Of a stretch of 28,997 nt of DNA, positions 9,702-20,284 are shown piece after piece. This DNA comes from Paramicrosporidium saccamoebae KSL3 (taxonomy: Eukaryota > Fungi > Cryptomycota). The translations under genes and the position numbers were made by a program. Positions within the stretch are counted from its first letter, which is position 1. Each line of letters starts with the position of its first letter. The DNA lies in assembly GCA_002794465.1 (NCBI GenBank), contig MTSL01000199.1, positions 1 through 28,997 of the forward strand, read 5' to 3'. The notes under the pieces were generated by a model, which made no database searches, was not told where the DNA came from, and saw only the letters and a program-made list of their open reading frames with translations.

Positions 9702-9948
9702 CCATAGAGACTGCGATCCAGTCGAGTCATTCGAGCCATGAATAATGCAATAAATAAACCACTTATTGGTACTGATCGCTCACGGAAATCCATGTATTTG
9801 TCCGAACATTATAATCAGATTTTCACCTTGACGGGAAAAGGCCGCAATAATTACCGACTCACTAATCGCCAAGCCCATCATCAGTAACCACCAGACCCCA
9901 TCAATTAACAAATATTATTGGTTGACAGCCACAGAGCGACACTGCATA

Positions 9949-11193
9949 ATGCTTCCTGCAGTCGTAATTGACAATGGCACTGGGTACGGGCAGCGTGACG
10001 GACGTTGCTAATCCTCGTATAGGTACACAAAGATGGGGTATGCCGGCAATTCATCTCCGCAATTTGTCATCCCAACGACGATAGCCACCCGTCCTAAGGA
10101 CGACTTTGACTTTTACATTGGCGACGAGGCCCAACAGGCCAGCAAAACACACTCACTCCATTATCCCATCCGCCATGGCCAAGTGGAGAGTTGGGACCTC
10201 ATGGAGTCCTACTGGCAGCATTGCTTCTTTCGTCATCTCCGCTGTGACCCCGAGGAACACGCCGTTTTGCTCACGGAGCCGCCATTGAATGCCCCCGAGA
10301 ATCGCGAGTTTACAGCAGAGATTATGTTTGAGAGTTTCAATGTGCCCCAATTGTACATTGGAGTGCAGGCGGTGTTGGCATTGGCGGCCAGTTGGATGGA
10401 TGCACGGGCAACGGACAAGACTGACAATCCGCTCACCGGATGTGTGGTGGACAGCGGAGATGGTGTTACTCACATCATTCCAGTGGTTGATGGCTATGCT
10501 ATTGGAAGCGCCATCAAACATGTGCCCTTGGCGGGACGAGAAGTCACCTTGTTCCTCCAACAGCTATTGCGTGATCGTCCAGACATCAAATTGTCCCCGG
10601 AGGACTCAATGGAGGCTGCCCGACGCATCAAGGAAGACCAATGCTATGTCTGTCCGGATCTCCCTCGCGAGTTTTTAAAATTGGACCAAGACCCCTCCAA
10701 GATTGTGCAGGCTTTTGAACTAGGAAATGGGACCAAGCTGGACGTTGGACACGAACGATTCCTTGCACCCGAGTTATTCTTTAATCCCGAAATGAGCGGA
10801 AATGGCTCCTTTACCACGCCCCTCCCCACTCTGGTGGATGATGTCATCCAGGCCTGTCCTATTGATTGTCGTCGCGGTCTCTATCGTAACATTGTCTTAT
10901 CCGGCGGGTCGACCATGTTCAAGGACTTTGGGAAACGTATGCAACGGGATCTCAAGAGCATTGTGGAGGAGCGACTCTCATACACCAGCAACTTGGATGC
11001 TGTCAACAAGTCGGCCGTACCTCAAGTCAATGTCGTGGCGCATCAGAACCAGCGCTATGCTGTATGGTGTGGTGGAAGTCTGTTTGCATCGATGGATTCA
11101 TTCCCTGCCTATTGCCACACCAAGGCAGAGTATGAAGAATTTGGTCCGTCCATTTGTCGTCAGTCCCGCGTTTTTGGTTCACTTCTATGTTAA
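9949..11193 (+). CDS. ARP3: Actin-related protein 3 (Arp2/3 complex); intron 9984..10022
   Basis: Spliced start MLPAVVIDNGTGYTKMGYAGN. Internal LLTEPPLNAPENREFTAEIMFESFNVPQLYIGVQAVLALAASW and PIDCRRGLYRNIVLSGGSTMFKDFG. C-terminus YEEFGPSICRQSRVFG. The 39-nt intron has a GCTAAT branch site. Confidence 0.97.
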
Positions 11194-11358
11194 TAAACTC
11201 TGTGAGGCTATAATAATAGGGCGAGTTTTAGCGTGGTGGGTTCTAGTGTGGGGTCATTGGCCCGTAAGCCTGCCAATATGCCGATAAATCCGAATCCTGT
11301 AAAGTTGTATGGTGAGTTTGATCCGTCATTTTGGTCCCATAAGTTGGCTTTATGTTGA

Positions 11359-11435
11359 TAGACTCGAATCCAACCTGCCCTCATGGATCGTTGACTTCAC
11401 ACTGGTAGACTCGAATCCAACCCGCTCTTATGGAT
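11359..11435. repeat. 30-nt direct repeat pair (27/30 identical) in the ARP3 / cis-prenyltransferase intergenic region
   Basis: TAGACTCGAATCCAACCTGCCCTCATGGAT (11359-11388) versus TAGACTCGAATCCAACCCGCTCTTATGGAT (11406-11435). Confidence 0.85.
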
Positions 11436-11491
11436 TTATGGGGTTACTTACTCATCAGTAAACTCTACACTACATGCGCGCATGAATGCCT

Positions 11492-12458
11492 TTATTTAGC
11501 AATCCAAGGTGAAGCAGGAGGGGACAGTGGGTCTTTCCACGCCGCGGCCCTAATCTTGTCCCAATATTCTTGGTCTTGCTTTTGGAGGAATGCGGTCCAT
11601 TCTTGTGATTCTTCTTCCGTCTCTTGTCGTTGATGACGTTTCACCTGAATTTGATACCGCAGTAGCATGGGCAGCAAGTGTCGGAGGCCAAAATCAGGCC
11701 AAAACGCATCGACAAATGCAATCATTGGGGACGGTTTCTGGGAGCATTGCCAGGTCAGAAAATCGCTCAGTCGTCTCTCCCCCGAGGTCCTGACGACAAT
11801 GTCGGGAACTCCCACCCACATTAGCTGTGACAGTCGAGATTCGGTGGGAGCAAAGCCTGATTGTAGCAATCTGTTCGAGGCCGACAAGATTTCTGCAGTG
11901 CTGGTGTAGGGGAAGCAAATATTCACAATGTGGTTGGTGTAGTGACGCGTATAGTACATGGCTGAACATGCCGACTTTAGCACTTCATGCGGCAACAAGT
12001 CCAGCTCGCCTACCACTCGAATCCTTACTTGGTGTTGCTTAATCAACTCCCTAAACATTGGACCATTCAACCTCGCCCTACCTATTCTGAACAAGCTCCT
12101 CCAGCTTCTCCGTGGCCAGCCTCATCAGCGTGTCAACCTCTTCCTTGGGCCTCTTGAAATTCTCAATGCTAAAAGCATAAACGGTGACTTCCTTCACCCC
12201 CAATTCCAGCGACCATTTTAGGATCTCCTCAAACTTTCGGGACCCGTGAAGATGACCATCAGAGCGCTTCGCCAAACGCCGTTTGGTGGCATACCGTCGG
12301 TTGCCGTCCATGATGAAGGCGATGTGGGTGGGAATGCGTCCCTGTCGCAGAATTACAAAGACGAGCCGACGAAAGTAGGACGAAAAATGACGAAAAATAA
12401 GAGAGAATGGTTCAAGGAACAGAGCGACGATGTAGCAGACTACATTAACTACGACCAT
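11492..12458 (-). CDS. RER2: cis-prenyltransferase, dehydrodolichyl diphosphate synthase catalytic subunit (Rer2/Srt1/DHDDS); intron 12051..12081
   Basis: Motifs IPTHIAFIMDGNRRYA, EVTVYAFSIENFKRP, PDIVVRTSGERRLSDFLTWQ and FWPDF. A 31-nt GTAGGG...TAG intron joins the two ORFs in frame (QNR-ELIKQHQVRIRVVG). The start is uncertain; first ATG is at 12458. Confidence 0.92.
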
Positions 12459-12681
12459 CGACCCTCGTCGATCTGGATTTATTCTTAAAGTACGCGATTG
12501 TCGTATAGAGGGGAATGATCCCCATGAATTTTGTGGCCCCTTCAAATAACAGCTTACCAATACTTATAAACCGAGTTGGCGATAATGTTTCCACTGCGCA
12601 CCTTTATCCTTCTTCTCCACAATTGGCCTATTCTAAGCAAAAAGTCTGCTGTACCATCCCCCACATCACACAATTGCATGT

Positions 12682-14565
12682 TTAATGCCCACTAGACATT
12701 CGGGAAAGACCCGCTTTAATCTTTGCCTGTCGTAGTTGTGCAGATCGCTGCAATATATAGCTATGAGGATGCATTGTTGACAGGTCGTAATGTTTCCTGG
12801 CCAGCTCTAAATCCTTCTTCATAATGCCAATCTGAGCCCACTCAATGTGTGCAATTGGGACAGCATAGGCATCCTTTGGCAACTGGTCGGCAGCCTGTAG
12901 GACTTGACCTAATAGATCCGCAGCCATGTCGAGCTTGGATTGGGAACGCAGGATGGAAGCCCGCACCAAAAGAATTGTTATCCGCTGGTCGGGACGGACT
13001 CCGCTCCGTTCAGCCTCAACGAGACAATTCAGGACATGGCTCTGATGCTTCTCTTCCATCCGGGAAAATCCATCCCAAACCAACAATAGCTCATATTCCG
13101 GGTAGAATGGGAGCTCTCCGCTGTCAAGAGCTTTTTGTGCACACTGGACTGCATACTTTTCAATAGGCAATCTCCTTCCCGCTATCCGCTTCATTTGCTG
13201 TGGCACCCGCTGCAACAGCTTAAATACTTCCTCTCTCGTCTCGGGCTGAGGATCTTCGGTGTAGTAGGCGGCATGGAGAAAGATTGCCTCCAAAAAGGTA
13301 GAGAAGCAGACACTCCATCTGCTCTCTTCGCTAAGCAAAGTGGCGAGTTCGTGGCATCGCTTCCAGTTGAGACGAAACATGCTCACAGTGAGCAGCTCCC
13401 ATGCGCAGGCGTGGAGCAATTGTGGCCATTCCAAGGCGGATTGCATGGCCAGCGTCTTTTCGAGGATATCTGCAGCCTCGCCCACTTTGTCCGTGAGGAC
13501 ATCAAATCTGGCCTGGTAGTACAGATAGATGGGACTGTTCGGATGTTCAGAAATCCTACTGGAAAGAATATCCGTCACAACTGCAGTCCAGTCGTCGTCT
13601 GCCTCGTCCGAAACCCCACGACGGATTGCAACAGAGTCGGAGAGGACAGTATGATAGAGAAGCAGTATCAGTTCTGCCATTGGAGCCCGCAATCCCTCTC
13701 GACACGATGCAGCCGCCTTCAGTTGCGACAGTCCTACCGATATGCTTCCAGTGTAGCCGAGAAAGGAGAACACTTGGAAAACACGTGGGGGCAGGAGGGA
13801 AAAGAGCATATTTAATAGACCCATTCCCAGAAGAACTCCGCTTTCGTAGTGGACGTCAGGAATGTCCTGAGCGCTGGCAGTTGCCAACTTTGTAAAGGCT
13901 TTGTGGTAAATGACATAGCTGGAGCGAATGTTCAGAGACTCGCGCATCAGCAGCACCCATCCACCAGTCAAATCAGTGGCTACCAGCAGCATTGCATGGA
14001 GCAATGACGCCTCGGCAGAAACTAATTCCACATGCTTCATAATTTGCTCGATTTCGTCTTCGCTCATTGTGGAATCTTCAGAGATGGAATGATCGCTTGG
14101 AGAGTCGGAATTCCTCATTGGACTGGACCTTCTCCTTCGACTGAAAATCCTGGAGAGACGAGAGTAAATGGTAGAGGCGGACATTCCCCTCTTCATCCGT
14201 GCTGCAATTTTGATGGCCAGACTGAGATATTTCTCTGCCTCAGCGACGTCTTCCTCGGCAAATGTCAACATTGCCCGCATCATCAGCAACACGCCCGTTC
14301 CCAGAGCTCCATAGAGCGATGTCTGTCCGTCAGCCAACGGCTGGACGAGAGAACGCGCCTCTTCGAATCGCGCGCCAAGATAGGATGAGAGTGCTCGCTG
14401 CGTGGCATCAATGTCGCTATGCAACTGCTTCAGACCGGACTGCAATGGCGACCCGTCTCGGCTCGTCTCGGATTCCGCTATCAGAGGCGATATGTTTATG
14501 ATGTTGAGAGTAATGTCCGTGTCATTCTCAGAGCCGTCTCGATCAGGCAGTTGAGATGTGGACAT
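12682..14565 (-). CDS. IML2: IML2/TTC39 family TPR-like protein
   Basis: Motifs MRAMLTFAEEDV, SLNIRSSYVIY, SGVLLGMGLLNMLFSLLPPRVFQVFSFLGYTG and IAGRRLPIEKYA are characteristic of Iml2/TTC39. Confidence 0.85.
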   Translation of the reverse strand: MSTSQLPDRDGSENDTDITLNIINISPLIAESETSRDGSPLQSGLKQLHSDIDATQRALSSYLGARFEEARSLVQPLADGQTSLYGALGTGVLLMMRAMLTFAEEDVAEAEKYLSLAIKIAARMKRGMSASTIYSRLSRIFSRRRRSSPMRNSDSPSDHSISEDSTMSEDEIEQIMKHVELVSAEASLLHAMLLVATDLTGGWVLLMRESLNIRSSYVIYHKAFTKLATASAQDIPDVHYESGVLLGMGLLNMLFSLLPPRVFQVFSFLGYTGSISVGLSQLKAAASCREGLRAPMAELILLLYHTVLSDSVAIRRGVSDEADDDWTAVVTDILSSRISEHPNSPIYLYYQARFDVLTDKVGEAADILEKTLAMQSALEWPQLLHACAWELLTVSMFRLNWKRCHELATLLSEESRWSVCFSTFLEAIFLHAAYYTEDPQPETREEVFKLLQRVPQQMKRIAGRRLPIEKYAVQCAQKALDSGELPFYPEYELLLVWDGFSRMEEKHQSHVLNCLVEAERSGVRPDQRITILLVRASILRSQSKLDMAADLLGQVLQAADQLPKDAYAVPIAHIEWAQIGIMKKDLELARKHYDLSTMHPHSYILQRSAQLRQAKIKAGLSRMSSGH

Positions 14566-14606
14566 GTCTACGGACTAAGCTTGACGTTGTCTGTTTAGTC
14601 GTTATT

Positions 14607-14616
14607 ATTGGCCAAT
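14607..14616. promoter_or_regulatory. Palindromic double CCAAT box (ATTGGCCAAT) in the 55-nt IML2/RAM2 divergent gap
   Basis: Perfect 10-nt palindrome giving one CCAAT on each strand, ending 4 nt before the RAM2 ATG. Function is inferred only. Confidence 0.35.
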
Positions 14617-14620
14617 CACA

Positions 14621-15428
14621 ATGGCCGATTGGGAGAATGTCACTCTCCCTGTGCATGTCCACACTGCTGTCCATACCATTGTGCCCATAGCCTATTCTGA
14701 AGAGTACAAAAAGGCCATGGCATACTTTTCGTACGCATGGGAGAAATGCGAGCTGTCTGAACGAGTCTTTCGGCTGACAACACAGATAATTGACATGTGT
14801 GAAGGCCATTACACAGTCTGGTACAACAGTCACATATCGTTCATATCGCAGGCAATACCGAAGGAGGCTGGTTCGTGCCCTCAATATTGACCCCCACCAA
14901 GAATTGGCCTTTATTCGTCAGTACACGGTGGAACGACCCAAGAACTATCAGCTATGGTACAGCCTCCATTATTCTAACCTTAGGCGTCACCGGGAACAGA
15001 TGGTTTCAATGATTGAGACGCCTGAAGTGCTGGATGCCGAGCTGGCAGACTTGGCGCTCGTCCTGCTCGAGGAACCCAAGAATATTCACGGCTGGCAGTA
15101 TCGACAATGGTTGATTCGACGATTCGACGCCTGGGATGGCGAACTGTCCTTTCTAGATGAAATGTTGAGGGGTGATCCATACAACAACTCGGCCTGGAAT
15201 CATCGACTATTCCTGCTAAAGTCGCGTCCAAATCTATTGGCGTTAAAGCAAGAAGTAGGATTCATCAAGGAGATATTGACGATTGATCATTTATCAAATC
15301 GAAGCGTCCTGAATTATGTCAATGGGCTGCTAGTAAATGCCCATGCGGATATTCAAGTTGCATTGCACAATGTATTAGAGTCTTTTGATCTGTTGGAAAG
15401 CTTCAGATCGACCTATATGACGGCTTAG
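14621..15428 (+). CDS. RAM2: Protein farnesyl/geranylgeranyl-transferase I alpha subunit; introns 14821..14851 and 14957..14983
   Basis: IVPIAYSEEYKKAMAYF, then PPTA repeats HYTVWQYRR, PKNYQLWRHR, PKNIHGWQYRQWL and DPYNNSAWNHR after splicing a 31-nt and a 27-nt intron. Confidence 0.92.
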
Positions 15429-15643
15429 TGAAGATGCAATAAAAGTGTAGTAAAAGTGCAATGAGCGTGTAGTAACAGTATGGCAAAGGTATAATAAATG
15501 TGCATCTCATCGTATCCATGGCGGGTCTCTACTACTACGAGAAAGAGTATCTACGGATCGGCCCTCTCTCCCTCAGCAAAGAGTCTGATATTACGAGTGA
15601 GCATGTTTGCAGATTCGTACTACAGCCCCAATCTCAAATCGAC

Positions 15644-16009
15644 TTATTTATTGGTACACAAAACCTTGTCCAATTCCGCTCGAAGGGCACCCTCTAGTTG
15701 TCGAAATGTATCCTCGGTACTACTGACGACGGGCTCTGGCGGGTAGGAGAGGATTATGGGCCTGTTGAAGCGTTTTGACAATCTCCTGCCTGCTGATAGC
15801 GCTGCCTCCATGGCGGTGGTATTGGAATTGGAAAGGGCAACAGTGGCGACACCGTTAGGATGGGCAAGTATCAGGCTGGTTAATAGCGGTGCTTGCGTCG
15901 AATTCCCAACCCAAATGTAAAGGGAGGTATCTTCCCGGAATTCAAACTGAACAGGAACCTTAAACTCGTCGCTGAGGCTGTTGGGTTGCAAATTCAGCAG
16001 CACATCCAT
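15644..16009 (-). CDS. Proteasome assembly chaperone 4-like (PSMG4/PAC4), divergent
   Basis: 121 aa. SLYIWVG...LILAHP...AGRRLSKRFNRPIILSY...LEGALRAEL parallels the PAC4 pattern LFLWVG...LAQRLARKTNKQVFVSY. Recognised by eye only. Confidence 0.65.
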   Translation of the reverse strand: MDVLLNLQPNSLSDEFKVPVQFEFREDTSLYIWVGNSTQAPLLTSLILAHPNGVATVALSNSNTTAMEAALSAGRRLSKRFNRPIILSYPPEPVVSSTEDTFRQLEGALRAELDKVLCTNK

Positions 16010-16027
16010 TGCCCCTGTTCTGTGGAT

Positions 16028-17680
16028 CTACAATTTTATTCTATACATCTTGTTGAGTTTGTTCAATAAATCTTGGGGCTGCCAGTCAGCTACGGCACTA
16101 GCTACAGTGATCAATAGTGAGAGCGGCCTTGGTAGTTCCTCTATTACCTTGGTAGTCAAGACTGACCAGCACTTTTTGAATTCTCTCAAAGCCCCAAGGT
16201 GCTCATCCGTCAATTTAACATTTCGCCAAGGAGGGCACTCATCTGGGTACACCAAAAGCCCACTAACTGACGACAGCTCGACTTGGCTTTGTTTCCTCAT
16301 CCCCAGGCCATCACAGTAATGGAGATAGCCATCCAGATCCGACCATGCAAATTCGGTCCTTGCTGGCATTTTTGAATATGACGTAATCCGGGCCCTCTTA
16401 CTTGCCCATGCCATCGTGAGATCATCCAAAGTTGACAATCCCATTTGATGGAACAAGACATTACAATATCCAGAATGACTATGGAATAAGAGAGAGGTGG
16501 AAGACTCTTCTTACCTTGGTACATCAAGCGCGTAGTGGATCTTTAGGAAAAATATTATTCCAACGACAATGTTGATTGCCACATCGGATGAGCCATTTCC
16601 ACCCAATTCACAATATGTAAAACAGGATTGGTACTTTTCAATAAACGCACAGATCATGGGATCGAAGCAGCCTACAAATAAGAATTTATATTGCCGGCAC
16701 GTACGGGGAAGAGACAGCTCTTGAGAAAAACGCTCGACTAGTCCAACATAGTTGATTGGCTGCAGCTGAATTCCCCCAAACATGACAATATGATAGGCCA
16801 TCTTCCGCGCCAACGTTTCCATCTTCATAGTGTTCGGCAAACTCATGTTCTATGCATAAGTACCGAGTATTATTCTTACTCGTCCCTTGAAAACAATGTC
16901 GATTCTCTTGACCTCAAGGTGTCTCCTCACCGGGTTTGGGATGAGATGTTTTGTATTTGAGTACGGAAGGATTCGGTCAATGACAAGACGACGGAGATCA
17001 GCAATAAGAACGGGAATGCCCATTTCAATCAGTCCAAAGTAGATAATGATCAGCAACGTCTTGGGACTCACCGTCTTTAGTTTCCTACTCAACAGTGAAT
17101 GCTGCGGTGCCCACTTGGGACTTGGAATTACGGGGCCCTTTAGCGGGGAGGGTTCAGTAATATCAGGGCTTGAGGTGCGGTCTGGAGAAAACTGACTGAT
17201 CTCGAGGAAAAGCGATTGACTCTCTGGGTTGAGGCTCTCTTTGTGAAATGCAGACTCCCCCTCGGGATCCAAACTCTCCTCATCATAATCCAGCCCTGCT
17301 GATTTCACAAAGGCCAGCCAGATGCGTCTCACGCATCGATCATAGTCGAGGGACAGTTGAAAGAACTTTCGGATGGCATCCGTCTGAGCTTGCAGCACAT
17401 ACTGCATGGCCAAGAAGAAGTAATACCGATCAACATCGCCGAGACGCACCACATTCGACTCGTCAGTGGTCTCCTCCACCAGTGGAAGCGACTGTGACTG
17501 CGTCCTGCCCCGTTTAATACGACGTCCAACTCCCACACTAGAGTCGAAATCATCTTGTTCCTCTTGCCAAAACTTTTGTGACTGATGTCCAAACTCGCAG
17601 ACAAGGAAACCGGTATCTGTTTTGCGGTAGTTTGTGGAGCGACAGTATGGACATGCTCCCACACTCTGGGACAAGTCCAT
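16028..17680 (-). CDS. RRN7: RNA polymerase I initiation factor RRN7/TAF1B, about 528 aa; exons 17680-16880, 16849-16515, 16478-16028
   Basis: N-terminal zinc ribbon CPYCRS-x9-CEFGHQ followed by an acidic EEQDDFD stretch. Two GTAAGA...TAG introns (30 and 36 nt) link the three ORFs in frame. Confidence 0.75.
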
Positions 17681-17930
17681 AAACGAATAAATAAATGTGA
17701 GGGTTAATGCGATGGCTGAAATAAGTATCCACAAAAGACTAGTGTTGGGCTGGTATAAAAGGGATCGGGACTTTGATCGACAAGATCTCCGGCCTTACAG
17801 TTTGTATTCCCACACCAGTTCAGGGTCTGTGTTCCCGCACAATTTAGCAGAACATCAAAGGGATAATACTATAAAAGACCTTTAGGTTTTACTGTAGATT
17901 GAAACTACATCACTAATCATTCTATGCATT

Positions 17931-18893
17931 TCAGTTCACTGGGTAGAAATGCAAATCCCCACTGTTCTCATATTCGTACATGTCTCGAGCAACTATGCAG
18001 CTTTCACGCACCACTTCCTCGGGATCGTTTTCAAATTCTTGCACAATGGCAAGACACTCGGGAGTGGCGATTGATCCCAATGCCTCGGCACATTCATGAC
18101 GGACCATGGACGCCTCATCAATAATTCGCAGCTGCGTAGCAAGGGCGGGAATGCTGGCGGGATGTTGAAGCTGGCCCAAGACGTAGGCGATTTCGTGTCG
18201 GAAGAGGGCACTGGTGTCGGCAAAGCCCGTGCAGAGAGCCAGGACAGCCTCCTCTGATCCACGATTACGGAGGGTAAACATGGCCTTGTAGCGTTGGTAC
18301 AGACCCAAAGTAGTGTCCATAAGCATGTGTTGTAGGTCAGAAATGTTCATTTTGGTCTTTAGAGCGGGAGCGGGATCAACCGAACCAAAGTCAATTTCGC
18401 CGTCGACCAAACCAGAGTCAATTCCGCCATCAACTGAGCCGGAAATAGCTTCATTATCAGCTTGTTCGGGCTTTGTAATCAGATCGATAGCAATCTGACA
18501 AGTCTCTCGAACGGCCACAGACTCATCATGCAAAAATCGCTCCAATATGGGCAGAGAATCCTTACAGCCAATGGCACCAAGCGCCTCTGCAGCCTCATGT
18601 CGCACAATATCCTCTTGATTCAAGTCACAAAGCACGGAATTCAAAGTTGGGATGGCACTAACAAGACGCATCTGGCCCAGAACATAGGCAACTTCATGTT
18701 TAAGAAGAGCAGAGGGGTCGCTGAACGCTCTGCTGATAATTTCCACCGCTTCATCCGAATTTGCTCCACGGAGGGTAAAGAGGGCACGGAAGCGCTCCGG
18801 AAGCGACGTCTTTCCGCTCTTATTCAGCAACAAGTCGCCAAGAACATCCAAAGAGATCAAGCAGCCAGTGGGCACCATCTCGGGGATCGTCAT
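17931..18893 (-). CDS. LIA1: Deoxyhypusine hydroxylase (DOHH/Lia1)
   Basis: Four His-Glu HEAT motifs: LLKHEVAYVLGQ, VRHEAAEALG, LFRHEIAYVLGQ and MVRHECAEALG. Also ERFRALFTLR and QRYKAMFTLRN. Confidence 0.96.
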   Translation of the reverse strand: MTIPEMVPTGCLISLDVLGDLLLNKSGKTSLPERFRALFTLRGANSDEAVEIISRAFSDPSALLKHEVAYVLGQMRLVSAIPTLNSVLCDLNQEDIVRHEAAEALGAIGCKDSLPILERFLHDESVAVRETCQIAIDLITKPEQADNEAISGSVDGGIDSGLVDGEIDFGSVDPAPALKTKMNISDLQHMLMDTTLGLYQRYKAMFTLRNRGSEEAVLALCTGFADTSALFRHEIAYVLGQLQHPASIPALATQLRIIDEASMVRHECAEALGSIATPECLAIVQEFENDPEEVVRESCIVARDMYEYENSGDLHFYPVN

Positions 18894-18933
18894 AAAGCCC
18901 TGGTCATTTTTCGTTTTATTAAAGGTTCCCTTT

Positions 18934-20164
18934 TTACATTACACCAAGACCAACCCGATTTAGGAGAGCATTCAGATCCCACAATACTAGACGACCATCA
19001 TGGCCTGTAGACGATAGGATCTTGTCCCGGAATCGTAGATCTGATATTCCACTTTGATGGATGACATCTGCGGTGGGCAATGCGCTGGCCCGTTCAGAAT
19101 CACTGACAGATATCCCTTGTGAGTCAAGGGCCTTGAACTTTGCTAGAGCGCCCCCAAACGCTTTGCTTGTGCCTGTGGAGGAGGACTGTGACGTCTTTTG
19201 CTTGGACATGGACTGGAGATTGTTATCAAGAGACCAACCACCGCATCGATCCTTCACAATGAGAATCGGCGATGAATTTCCAAATCCACTTGCTACAATT
19301 GCGGATTCTGAGATGAAAACGATGCGACAAAGAGGCATTCCCGATGGATTTGGGATGGCCGCTTGTTGCCCGGCGCTGAAATCCATCACATAGACATTTC
19401 CGTCATGGCCTGCCATGCCCAAGATATCCCCGCTTGGGGAAAAGGTGAGCGAGTGGATCCAACAGCTATAGTCAAGAGAACCGACGCTTTGATCAAAGCC
19501 TTGTACATCACCCCCAATCCAATTTGGCATGGACAGGTCCTTGTCGACGTTCTTCAGTGGAGTACACAGCACTTCGACCTTTCCAGAGAGTAGCGAAACA
19601 GCCAACAACTTGCCACATGGATGCCAGGAGATGGACAAGACAGCACTCCCGTCCAGCTGCTTCAAATGTTTACATACCCACCAGTCATTTTCCTCTTCGT
19701 AAAATCCCACTGACACGACTCCCTCTGATCCGCCGACGGCAAATTTCATTCCGTCAACAGACCAACGCACGCTGGTGGCAGCACGACGTAGCCTCAGCAG
19801 AACGAGCGTCTGCTTCCACTCCTTTTGGGGTTTGAGACGAGTCCAGACGTACCCATTGCGGTCGGCGGAGACTGTAAGCAGACGGTCGCCTTTGCTGTCG
19901 CTGTGCCAGTCCATTGCTGTGATAATCTGGTCATGCTAATAATGAGCTAAATAGATTGGATTGTACTCCCTCAAGAGTCGTCTCCAGCGTCCATTTGTCG
20001 GAATTTTTAGTGTATATTTGCACCGTCTCATCATTGGGACATATTGCAAGACCTACAGAAAATGTATTCTAAGCATGTGACATACTCTTCCCATCCGAGC
20101 TCCATGCGTGGCAGTTAATGGGACGACCCACAATGTGAAATACCTCAGTTGCAACTTCACTCAT
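18934..20164 (-). CDS. ARC40: Arp2/3 complex subunit ARPC1 (Arc40/p41); exons 20164-20086, 20052-19967, 19935-18934
   Basis: Spliced start ...PINCHAWSSDGKSLAICPNDETVQIY...HDQIITAMDW...TVSADRNGYVW...LVLLRLRRAATSVRWS...SVGFYEEENDWWVCKHLK. Introns are 33 and 31 nt. Confidence 0.95.
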
Positions 20165-20284
20165 GGTTGGCTGTTGTATATAATCCAGACCAATAGTTAG
20201 TGGCGGAATCTTAAAATGCCGCCAATCTTGATTTATTTTATGTGGCGTGCTCTGAACTAGTCGTAGGTCGGGTCAGACATTGAT

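Noticed and set aside
11359-11460. tRNA or C/D snoRNA on the minus strand (GATTCGAGTC; CTGATGAG)
   Set aside because: No cloverleaf, G53 is replaced by A, and no downstream box D (CTGA) is present.
11492-15428. Isoprenoid 'cluster' of cis-prenyltransferase and RAM2
   Set aside because: Only two genes from different pathways, separated by IML2. Consistent with chance in a dense genome.
15500-15697. 65-aa plus-strand ORF after a TATA-like TATAATAAA
   Set aside because: No recognisable motif, and it overlaps the PSMG4-like 3' end antisense. It cannot be supported without expression data.
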